35,112 bases of DNA from Chrysochromulina tobinii (Eukaryota): positions 1-35,112 of the forward strand of contig JWZX01003232.1 of assembly GCA_001275005.1 (NCBI GenBank), in the 5' to 3' direction. Numbering within the stretch: the first letter of the stretch is position 1; each line of letters starts with the position of its first letter. This document shows, piece by piece, positions 17,901 to 26,192 of the stretch. Below the pieces are notes generated by a model. The model was given only the letters and a program-made list of their open reading frames with translations. It was not told the DNA's origin and searched no databases. Position numbers and translations under genes: made by a program.

Positions 17901-20900
17901 CTTGCGCTGCGCCCGCGCGCTCGACGGTGGAGCCGCCCTTGGAGAGCGAGTCCAGGAGCCACGGGAGCAGGTCGGGGAACTGCTCCTCGCCCAGCCCGGC
18001 GCACAGCCGGCCGAGAGCCTTGGCGCCTGTCGAGCGCACCTCGGGGATAGGGTCGAGCAGCACGGCGCGCAGCTCAGGCAGCAGCTGCCCCAGATATGGC
18101 ACAATGTCGCGTCGCTCGGAGAGCAGCGAGCACATGTTGCCGGTGATGTGCGACGCCTTGCGCTTCCCCTGCGCCGAGCGCTCGCGCAACCCGCGGTGCA
18201 GTACCGGCACGATGAGCGCGAGCGAAGGCGGGTCAACGCAGTGTTCAAACTGGCAATGGGCGAGCGCGTCGATGGCGGCGCCCGTCTTGGTGCTCGGCTC
18301 GCTGAGCGCGGCCAGCAGCGTGGGCACAAGCTGCGCGATCTCAGGGTTCTTAATGACGGCGCCCACAGAGCCGAGCGCGGCGTTGGCGCCCTCCTTGACC
18401 TTCGGGTGCGAGTGGGTGAGCGCCTCCGTCAGCCGCGGCACGACCTGCGGCAGTGTGGCCGAGAGCTGCTTGGGAGCGCAGTACGCCATCGAGCCAAGCA
18501 GCTCGACCGCCGCGTGCTTCGTACGCCACTTTTCCTCGTCGAGGGCATTGAGAAGCGAGGGTAGCACCATCTTGACGCCCTGCGCCGACAACTGGGACAT
18601 GATGCGCTGCGAGGCGCTCACCGCCGCGTGCCGAACGGGGCCACTGCCGTCGGAGACACACGTGAGCAGCATCGGCAGGATGGTGATGATGTACGGCTCG
18701 AAGAGGCGGCCGAGCGTCTCGCACAGGCACTCGAACGCGTGCAGAGCGCCTTCGCGTGCGTCCGCCGCTTGCTCGCCCTTAGCCTTGCTCTCCACGGCAG
18801 CTTGCAGCGCGGTCATCACACCGTGCTGCTTGAGCGAGGGGATGCCAAGCCCCTTGACGACGCCCGCGAGGCCAAACGCGGCACCGCGCCGTTCCGCATA
18901 CGAGGGCGTGGTTGTGAGCGTCTTCTGCAGCGTGGCTAGATACTCGGGCGCGTTGGCCTTGACGGCAGGCTTGCTCACGAGCGATGCGAGCGACTGCGAG
19001 ATGGTACGCTGCACTACCTCCGACGGGGTGCCAAGCGCAGCCATCAGGCGCGTCACCACTTGGGCCACCTTTGGGTCGTCGGGCGGGATGTGCGTCGCGA
19101 GCGAGCCCATGTACAGCACGACTCCCTGCCGGATGCGATCGTGCACCTCGGTCGTCGCCGGCTCAGCCAAAAAGGACTCAAGCAGCGGCACAAGCATCGT
19201 GACCATCGCCTCCGCGTCGGATTGACGCTCGATGATGTCGCGCCCCGCCGCCACCATCTGCTGCGCGACCATCTCGTGCTCATCCCCGAGTGCGCGCTTG
19301 AAGAAGGCAAAGACAAGTGGGAGTTGCTCCCGCGCGCGAAGCCGTGGCGCGAGGGCTGCGAGCGTGAGCGCCACGCCTTGCCGTGAGCGCCAGTCATCAG
19401 GATCGTCCACCGGCTCGAGGGCGAGCATTCGAGCACGTGCGTCGCTCGGCTTCTCCGCGGGGAGGCTCTTGTTATACAGCGCGAAGAGCTTGGGCAGCTC
19501 GGCACCGGCGGCGGCGAGCGCGAGGGCGACCTGCTGCCGAATGCGCAGCTCTTCGCTGGCGAGCAGCGGCAGCAGCTCCGCGTCGAGGCCCGAAGGCGGC
19601 TCGTCGCTGCCATCCGCACGCTCCATCCACGCAGACTTGCCCAAGGCGGCGCACTCCGTGTCCGCGTCGAACCTCAGCAGCCACCGGAGCGCTGTGAAGT
19701 GGACTGTGAAGTGGACGGGCTCCGCACCCTCGCTTGCCTGAGCCGGCTCATCGCCAGCCACCGGCACGCAGCGGAGGGCCTCGACGGCGGCGATGCGCAC
19801 CTTGGCCGACTCGGGATAGAGAGCGCCGTTGAGTAGCTCCTCGAGCGCGTCGGGCCGTAGCGAGGCCGCCACCTGGCGAAGCGCATCCGCCGCGGCGGCA
19901 TGCCACCGGTCGCCGCGCTCGACGGCGGCAAGGAGCAGTCGCGTCTGCAGCCGGCGCTCACGCTGGGTGAGGGCGAGCCGCGCCTCGCTGTGCAGGCAGA
20001 GCAGCTTGAAGGCGGCCTCATGTACGGCCGCCGCGGCCTCGCCCTTGCCATCGGCGTGCATCGCGCGCTGCAGCACGGGGAGCAGCAACGAGGCGCTCGA
20101 CGACGGGAGTGGGGAGCGCAGCCCCGCAGCCATGTCGCCCAGGATGACGCGAAGCTGCGCGCAGAGCGTCGAACCGCTTGCGACGGGCTCGCTGGGCTCG
20201 CTCGCCGACGCCAGCAACGCTTGGCTCATCAGCGCGAGGCGCGCCCGCACGTACGAGTTGCCGCAGCCCACGAGGGCATCGAAGAGGGGAGCCATCCACG
20301 TGGGCAGCGTGCCGCTCAGCTGGAGCACGGGCAGCGCGGGCAACGGGAGCAGAACCGGAAGCAGCTTGCCCAGCCACGGTTGGGCGGCGACGGGCGCGCC
20401 CACGCACACGGTGGTCACGAGCTCGGCCTGGCACGCGAGGAGAGCGCGCGCCTCATGCAATGTGGTCCGCACCGCCTTCTCCTCCTCGAGCTGGCGCTCG
20501 CGCTGCGCGTCCTGCTTCGAACTTGAGCTCTTCTTCTCGACGCCCTTGGCACTTTTCACACTCGCCTTCTCCTCGGGTTTCTTCTTGAGCTTAGCGCGCA
20601 CCTCGGCCTCCCAGTCGGCGCCACCATCGCCGCCACCACGAGCACCCTCGGCGCTCACCTCGGCGCTCTCATCGCTCACGAGGGGCTGGTCGGAGGAGAG
20701 GCGCCCATCGGGCGTTTGCAGGATGCGCATGCCCATGGCGCCCACGGCGCCGAGCGTCTGGCAAGACTTGCGCAGGCCATCAAGGATTGGCGTGAGCAGC
20801 TCCGGCGCGGCGAGGTCGCCAGCCACGCCGAGCAGCGCACGCAGCCCCCCGAGCGCTGCCACGCGCGTCTCGGCCGACGAGGCGAGCGCGCCTTTGTCGC

Positions 20901-23100
20901 CGCTGAGATGCGCGGCGATGGCCCTCGCATTGGCCTGCAGTAGCTGCACCACCGAGCGCTCTCGCTGCCACAGGAGGAAGAGCGTTGGCCAGGGGCCCTC
21001 CCCTTGCGAGACGATGGCTGGGTGGTGGCAAAGGAGCAGGATGCGAGGGAGGAGGCCTTCGGAGCTGTGCGCTCCTGCCAGCACGACCGCCGCCGCGTTG
21101 GCGAGCCGCGGGGCTCGCGCGGCGGCGGCCGCCGCCAGAGCCGCAACGCTGTCAGCCTCGTTCGCATCCTCGGCCGCGGCGGCGAGCTCGGGCGCCTTCT
21201 TGACGACTGTCTCGAGGGCGCTGAGCAGTCGCTCGGCGGCCTCGCAGGGCATCGTCGCCACGTACTGCGAGAGCGCCTTGTCGGCGGCGCGGCGAGGCGC
21301 GGCCATCGGGTGCGCGATGAGCTGGAAGAGCTGGCGGAATAGGAGCACGCCGCCGTCGCCACAAAGAGCGAGCTGTGCGGGCGTGCGCAGGGTGCCCTCG
21401 AGCAGTCGGTTCAGCAAGCACAGCTCGCGCTCGGACGCGGCAGCAAGAGGCTCCGTGTGCCAGACGAAGGAGTCCTTCGCCTTGAGCGTGAGCGTCCAGA
21501 GCTTCTCCTTCGTGCACTGCTGCTCGACCACCGGGCACAGCTGGCCGCCCTCGCGCAGGCAACAGAGCACGCCGAGCGCGTCGGCCCGTGCGGCGCCGCT
21601 GGCAGGAGGCTTTGTAAGGGCTGGCTTGATGAGGGCAAGGAGCGGCTCGCCCAGGCTGCTGATGGCGGCCACGAGCGTGGCGGGCGGCGGCGAGGCCGCA
21701 GCGCATGCCTCGAGGGCCGCAAGGATGCCGCCAACGTGCGCACGGCGCACCTCGGCGTCCTTTTCGCCAAGGCCTTTAGCAAAGGCGGTGGCGCACGAAG
21801 CGGCCGCCGCCGCGAGGGGCATCCAGCGGCCAGCGGCCGCGAGAATGGTGGCGCGGGGCCCCTCCTGCGTCTCCTTGGCGGCAAGCGCGAGCAGCGCCGT
21901 CACGACGCCGTCCGCCTCCTTCACCGTGCCGCCGTTCTCGGCGAGCAGCGGCGTCGCGAGCTCAGCCAGGGCGTCGGCGAAGGAAGCCTTTTGCTGCGAG
22001 CCAGGGATGGCGCTGGGCTTGGTGGTCGCGAGCTGCGCCGCCGCACCGAGAGCAGCGGCCGATCCACACCGTTTGCAGAGGACACCCAGGCAACTGACCG
22101 TCGCATCTGCGCGCGGCGTTGCCGCTCCGAGAAGCAACGGCTGCAGCGCCTCGAGCAGCGAGGGCATCGAGGCGCCGATCGGGACGGTAGCGGGCAGCGC
22201 CTCGAGCAGGGGCGGCATGAGGGCGAGCACCGCGTCCGGGGTGCGCTTGAGCGCCTTGAGCGCTGCAGGCAGCAGCGTTTTGCTCCACTCGGCCTCCGTG
22301 GCCGTCGTGAGGACCGGCGCGAATGCCCACTGCATCCCCACCGTCGGCGGCTGTGCGCTCCCGATGACGGCGCTCGCGTACAACCCGAGCCAAGCCTCGC
22401 GAGTCGCGGGCTGCTCGGCGAGGCGCAGGCGTGGATCGAGTACGGCGCCGGCGATGGCACATGCCGGTGGTCCTGGGTTTTCGAGCGCGAGCACCGCTGC
22501 CGCGTACCTACCCGGCGCCTCGTTGGCACACGAAAGCACGCCTCGGAACGCACTGCGCGCGCAGCGCACCAGCGCGCGACGGCGTCCATCTGCCTCGATG
22601 TCGTGCAGAAGGCTGCCTTTGGCGAGCGCGAGCGCAGTAAACCCTTGTCGTGGGGCCGCCGCGGTCCCGGTCGCCGCCTCAAAGTCTGCTCGCAGCGCCG
22701 CGCAAAGGCTCCGCAGCGCAAACAGCTTTCCCGACGGTGTCAGCGGCACAGACGAGGAGGTCTCCGCAAGTAGCCGCGCCACGAGCGCGCGCACGAAATC
22801 GGGCCCAAAGTCGGATCGACGGCCGAGCGCGCCGATGGCTTGCAGGCACGCGTGGGTCGAGCGGCTGTCGTCGTAAACCTCGAGGAGGCTCACAATCGTG
22901 TCCGAGAGCAGGGCAACGGCATCGGATGGGACGTCGGTTGACAGGGCTTGCGGTATCGCCTCGCTGAAGCACTGGATGCGCGTCTCGATGCTGCGGGCTC
23001 GGGTGAGCGTCAGAACCGCGTCGAGGGTGAGGAGTTCGGGTTGCGCTGGCGCGATCTCGGCTGCGTCGACGTCCATCGCGCGCGCCCCTGCGTCGCTCAT
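14923..23100 (-). CDS. GCN1: eIF2-alpha kinase activator GCN1 (HEAT-repeat protein)
   Basis: Uninterrupted ORF of about 2725 aa with GCN1 motifs LGTPSEVVQ, ERRGAAFGLAGVVKGLG, GRLFEPYII, LSAQGVKMVLPSLL, WRTKHAAVELLGSMAYCAPKQLS, VIKNPEI, PSLALIVPVL, DPIPEVRS, ITGPLIRIVGDRF, KPFVPQLQTTFVKAL. ATG 23100. Confidence 0.96.
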   Translation of the reverse strand: MSDAGARAMDVDAAEIAPAQPELLTLDAVLTLTRARSIETRIQCFSEAIPQALSTDVPSDAVALLSDTIVSLLEVYDDSRSTHACLQAIGALGRRSDFGPDFVRALVARLLAETSSSVPLTPSGKLFALRSLCAALRADFEAATGTAAAPRQGFTALALAKGSLLHDIEADGRRRALVRCARSAFRGVLSCANEAPGRYAAAVLALENPGPPACAIAGAVLDPRLRLAEQPATREAWLGLYASAVIGSAQPPTVGMQWAFAPVLTTATEAEWSKTLLPAALKALKRTPDAVLALMPPLLEALPATVPIGASMPSLLEALQPLLLGAATPRADATVSCLGVLCKRCGSAAALGAAAQLATTKPSAIPGSQQKASFADALAELATPLLAENGGTVKEADGVVTALLALAAKETQEGPRATILAAAGRWMPLAAAAASCATAFAKGLGEKDAEVRRAHVGGILAALEACAAASPPPATLVAAISSLGEPLLALIKPALTKPPASGAARADALGVLCCLREGGQLCPVVEQQCTKEKLWTLTLKAKDSFVWHTEPLAAASERELCLLNRLLEGTLRTPAQLALCGDGGVLLFRQLFQLIAHPMAAPRRAADKALSQYVATMPCEAAERLLSALETVVKKAPELAAAAEDANEADSVAALAAAAAARAPRLANAAAVVLAGAHSSEGLLPRILLLCHHPAIVSQGEGPWPTLFLLWQRERSVVQLLQANARAIAAHLSGDKGALASSAETRVAALGGLRALLGVAGDLAAPELLTPILDGLRKSCQTLGAVGAMGMRILQTPDGRLSSDQPLVSDESAEVSAEGARGGGDGGADWEAEVRAKLKKKPEEKASVKSAKGVEKKSSSSKQDAQRERQLEEEKAVRTTLHEARALLACQAELVTTVCVGAPVAAQPWLGKLLPVLLPLPALPVLQLSGTLPTWMAPLFDALVGCGNSYVRARLALMSQALLASASEPSEPVASGSTLCAQLRVILGDMAAGLRSPLPSSSASLLLPVLQRAMHADGKGEAAAAVHEAAFKLLCLHSEARLALTQRERRLQTRLLLAAVERGDRWHAAAADALRQVAASLRPDALEELLNGALYPESAKVRIAAVEALRCVPVAGDEPAQASEGAEPVHFTVHFTALRWLLRFDADTECAALGKSAWMERADGSDEPPSGLDAELLPLLASEELRIRQQVALALAAAGAELPKLFALYNKSLPAEKPSDARARMLALEPVDDPDDWRSRQGVALTLAALAPRLRAREQLPLVFAFFKRALGDEHEMVAQQMVAAGRDIIERQSDAEAMVTMLVPLLESFLAEPATTEVHDRIRQGVVLYMGSLATHIPPDDPKVAQVVTRLMAALGTPSEVVQRTISQSLASLVSKPAVKANAPEYLATLQKTLTTTPSYAERRGAAFGLAGVVKGLGIPSLKQHGVMTALQAAVESKAKGEQAADAREGALHAFECLCETLGRLFEPYIITILPMLLTCVSDGSGPVRHAAVSASQRIMSQLSAQGVKMVLPSLLNALDEEKWRTKHAAVELLGSMAYCAPKQLSATLPQVVPRLTEALTHSHPKVKEGANAALGSVGAVIKNPEIAQLVPTLLAALSEPSTKTGAAIDALAHCQFEHCVDPPSLALIVPVLHRGLRERSAQGKRKASHITGNMCSLLSERRDIVPYLGQLLPELRAVLLDPIPEVRSTGAKALGRLCAGLGEEQFPDLLPWLLDSLSKGGSTVERAGAAQGLAEVVGALGDAKVRQMLPTLIDGCSVGTPSSREGYSMVWVHLPIVLGKRFEPFLGEVIPVVLARLSDDSGAVRDTCMRAALGMIAIYLEAAAALLLPPLQRGLSDVNYRIRQASAELLGELMQRLTGGDPVEVLEVGAKPPEDSVFANAIPVEQQHALLAAIYIARNDVHVAVRSASSTLWKALIGNAPKTLRIILVPLTEQLISGLSTEDEDQQQAAAQAMGELVSKLSERVLPKLLPTLQQCLTSADAARRRGVCLGLSELMVATGRDVITDFLGGIIPCVREGLCDEDSSVREAAARSFSQLQRILGQQAIYEIVPALLQLLRSDDALLVAKGQNGLREVMGQRPQAVVPYLLPKLLAPPITLAHARALGAVAEVAGAALHTHLDVVLPALWKETYLEAEVAPNQRSVDPDLRDALVASASAVALAVQADGLHFLIGEIRTATTTKAKAHVRIAAAALIETVCKSSTLDLSVHHSNLIQSLIGMFHAEEPAVQRSGIRGLDNLIKSLPKERYPLHVAALREAVKSVSTEHRANELAAGASRDEPSFLPAFCLPNGLGALVAVHLQGLMTGTPELREQSAAALGEAVGLTSPAALKPYVIQITGPLIRIVGDRFPPAVKAAILHTLTLLITKGSILLKPFVPQLQTTFVKALSDPAKVVRARGATALSHLISLATRVEPLATEIHNTLSTADAGVQVALLCALAGVLRGISQPLSEALVAKIQASALELLCADDDELSFAAATLIGACGRWTPLDELHDNIEAATTACGAEPWQQQLRALRGYQSLLRNAPVAALKPLLSTIFDAVGEAAKHEKIDLRMPASHALVRVAVNMAEPAAEDVADAATEGAEPEELALASAMAVPPSLYGLLVELLADDVLEVRVSALHALKTMCKLRPALLRASGCKLAGLVLPGIAQNCQDSRRMQVSGAAKRTMMHVLAVVGWCSPEEVAQHLPRSNEAAAYTAEFVKKTFARIAGTESEEGELSDADV

Positions 23101-23922
23101 AGACGAGACTGTGAAGAATGTGTGACAATGACAACCCACGTCTAGGATGCATCATCAGACATCATCAGACATCAGACGTCAAGCGTCGAGTTGGGCCTAG
23201 ATTGCTTGCGCGCGCTCGCGCCATTTCCCTTCGGACTGGAAGGGCGAGAGGGTGGCCGACGAAGGATGCCGACGTTCCGCGCGCGGCTGCAGCTCGCGCC
23301 CGTCGATTTGGGCCTCGTTGGGCATGCGCCCCCCGCGCCTTCAAACAAGAAGCGCCTGTTCGAGCATGAGATGTCGCCCCCCAAGCTCATGCCTCGCCTC
23401 GCCTCATTCCCCATTATGGCGCGCACCAGCAAGGACGCTGCTGATACCGCCGACCCCTGCGCGGTGCCACCGTATGTAGCCACACGCCTCGAACCCGGGT
23501 CCGCGTGCCCTCTCCCCTGCGGTGTGGATCTCCTCCCTGCCAACCCACAGGGTCTGGGGATCGAGTCGTGCCCAAGCAGGAATGTCAAGCGAGCACATCG
23601 CGACGCCAAGCACCCTGCTGTGCGTGCCGAAGTCGACGAGGACGGGCTAGTACCGACACCCGCCAAGCTCCAACTTCCGGGTGCGCCTTGCCGCGCGGAC
23701 TCGAGCTGCCCGTGCACTGTTCCATGAGTGCCCTCACCGTCCCACGACCGGCGGGCGCGAGTCCCTCATTCAGTATCTAGCTGACTCTCTCGGCGCGTCC
23801 CTGCACGTTGCAGGTTTGCCTTTGACCACCGCTTCTCCATGAGTGCACGGAGGAGAAGTCAGTGCGTCTCGGCGTCGAGGGTGGGCATCACGGGCAGCAG
23901 CTTTGCAGCTGACACAGAGGGA

Positions 23923-23980
23923 GCGGCGAAGTCGGCAGCGGCGAGTCGGCAGCGGCGAGTCGGCAGCGGTGAAGTTGGCA
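23923..23980. repeat. Short tandem repeat, ~14-15 bp unit GCGGCGA(A)GTCGGCA x4
   Basis: gcggcgaagtcggca gcggcgagtcggca gcggcgagtcggca gcggtgaagttggca read directly. Confidence 0.85.
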
Positions 23981-24681
23981 GGGTGAGCTCGGACTCGAGC
24001 TTCTTTCCGGAGTTTTGAACGGAAGGGCAGCGCAGCCGCAGAGAGGAAGATCAGGCCATCTAAGGAAAGTTTGCGTCTTCGCGTGCGCTCGCGTCCCCGC
24101 TTAGGCTCAAAAGGCTGATGTTGATTCGTTGAAAGCGGCACGAGCGCATGGACCGGCCCCGTAGCCTCGATCCGCTTTGTACGATGTACGTACCTGCAGC
24201 GAGACCTGCGTGTTGTGTCACTGTGTCACTGTGTCTTCTCTCGGACTAACACGACGCGCGGCGCCCCACGCACCGATCCCGTCCACACCAAGCTCCAAGG
24301 GACCAACAAAATGTTATCTAGACGACATAGCACCACGTCCATCATGGCACGCACCCGTTGTGCCTGACAAGCAAGCGGGTTCGTCGAAACGACACCCTAC
24401 TTAAACAAGTGCCCTCGTTGCGTGCTTGCTTGCTTGACTTGACGTGACTTGACCACCATTTCCAGGACCCTGCAAACTTACCTTTGAGATCACGACGGCG
24501 CTTTTTTGTTGAGGGTCCACGCGGACAAGGCGAGTGCTCTCTCTCCCTCTGGATTCCTGCGCCGTGCGCCGCCTGGCGGGCCAATGGGTCGGCGCGCGCG
24601 CGCGGTGGGGGGCGGCTTCCTGGCTGGCTTCCTGGCTGGCGGCCTGGCGCGGCTCAGGCGTGGGAGGCGCTCTTGCGCCGT

Positions 24682-24756
24682 GTAAGTCCCGCTCGCGGGC
24701 AGCACCACACTGATGCACTGACGCGCCTTTTTGCGTGCGGCTCTGACGTCTGGCAG
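24682..24756 (+). other. Putative 75-nt 5'UTR intron of RPL10A
   Basis: Perfect GTAAGT donor at 24682, CTGAC branch-like motifs (about 24718 and 24743), CAG acceptor ending 24756, 8 nt before the ATG. Confidence 0.6.
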
Positions 24757-24764
24757 GAGGAGGA

Positions 24765-25415
24765 ATGTCGAAGGTCTCGAACGACCATCTTCGCAAGTGC
24801 ATCGATGCCGTGCTCGCTGGCTCTGTTGAGAAGAAGCGCGACTTCGTCGAGACGATCGAGCTGCAGATTGGCCTGAAGCAGTACGATCCGCAGAAAGACA
24901 AGCGTTTCGCTGGCAGCATCAAGCTGCCACACATCCCGCGCCCAAAGATGCGCGTGTGCGTGCTTGGCGACGCTTTCCACTGCGAGAAGGCTGCGGCGCT
25001 CGGCCTCGAGTTCAAGAACGCCGAGGGCCTCAAAAACTTCAACAAGAACAAGAAGCTCATCAAGAAATTTGCCAAGAAGTACCACAACTTCGTGGCCTCC
25101 GAGAGCTTGATCAAGCAGATCCCGCGTCTGCTCGGCCCCGGTCTCAACAAGGCGGGCAAGTTCCCGATTCTTGTGCTGCAGCAGGAGGATCTTGCCACCA
25201 AGGTCGACGACGTCAAGGCCACGATCAAGTTTCAGCTCAAGAAGGTGCTTTGCATGAGCGTCTCCGTCGGCCACTGCGGCATGGAGAACCAGCCCATCCT
25301 CGAGAACACCAAGCTCTCCATCAACTTCCTCGTCTCGCTTCTCAAGAAGAACTGGCAGAACGTCAAGGTGCTCTACCTCAAGAGTACCATGGGCAAGCCC
25401 CAGCGCATCTATTAA
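24765..25415 (+). CDS. RPL10A: Cytosolic 60S ribosomal protein L10a (uL1)
   Basis: 216 aa; [76 protein letters not shown]. Strong codon bias. Confidence 0.98.
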   Translation: MSKVSNDHLRKCIDAVLAGSVEKKRDFVETIELQIGLKQYDPQKDKRFAGSIKLPHIPRPKMRVCVLGDAFHCEKAAALGLEFKNAEGLKNFNKNKKLIKKFAKKYHNFVASESLIKQIPRLLGPGLNKAGKFPILVLQQEDLATKVDDVKATIKFQLKKVLCMSVSVGHCGMENQPILENTKLSINFLVSLLKKNWQNVKVLYLKSTMGKPQRIY

Positions 25416-26192
25416 ATGGTCCGAGCGAGTCGATACGTTTTTGCACGCACACCGAGCCACTCATGCTTGTAACATGATCTGTTTCTAGTCTGAATTAGAG
25501 GAAAGATCCTTGTACACAGCGCGCCCCCAGCTGAACATTGATTCGCGCTCTGCTTTCATTGAGGATACAGGATTGAGACCTCAACTCCCTCGGCCGTATG
25601 GCGTGGATAGTTCAAGCGTACTTATAGCGTTTCGATAGATACCGTGCGGTTTCGCGATGCGGTACGAACTCGTCGCCGCGACTCGTTCTCGTACGAGCCG
25701 GACCCGGCACCCGGCGCGGTCTGGACCGAAAACCCAAACGGGAAACGCGCAAACGCCCGCGGAAAACCGGGCGACTACGACCGTTAAAACTAACTCGGAG
25801 TAAACTCGAATCTCGTAACTCGGGAAGCTGGTGGTGCGACGCACCGTGCGTCCGACATCGATGGACGAGGCATGGTTGCCCGGCAATAGGCCGTATCGCC
25901 CGCGCGGTCTCGGCCCCTGCGAAAGATTCTCGATACGAAGCTGAGACGGCCGCGGAGGCGGAGCGGGCGAGGGACGCGCGGGAAACAGGGATCAGGGTCG
26001 ACGGCGTGCGGCACATAGCCGGGCCTGTGCGGAAGCCGACGCCGCCCGCCCGTGGCCACCGACGCCGCCCGCCCGCGCCGACCATGCGAGGAGACCTCGG
26101 CCATCGGTTTTAGAGTCCGAGAGGAGCTTCCGTGGGTATCACGGCCAATCCAGCCTCGTGCGCAACCTTCGCGGGCACAGCTGTGTGCATGC

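Noticed and set aside
19829..22876. 1015-aa + strand ORF and other long ORFs antisense to GCN1, DLEC1, ftsZ and others
   Set aside because: Ser/Ala/Arg-rich shadow frames expected from GC-rich codon bias on the opposite strand; no motifs.
23923..23980. CRISPR-like array
   Set aside because: Contiguous 14-15 bp tandem units with no spacers and no cas genes; eukaryotic context.
25575..26098. hAT-like transposon call from the 8-bp direct repeat GAGACCTC
   Set aside because: No terminal inverted repeats and no transposase. A KGKPKSQVW stretch in the reversed text is only vaguely BED-like and lacks Cys/His ligands.
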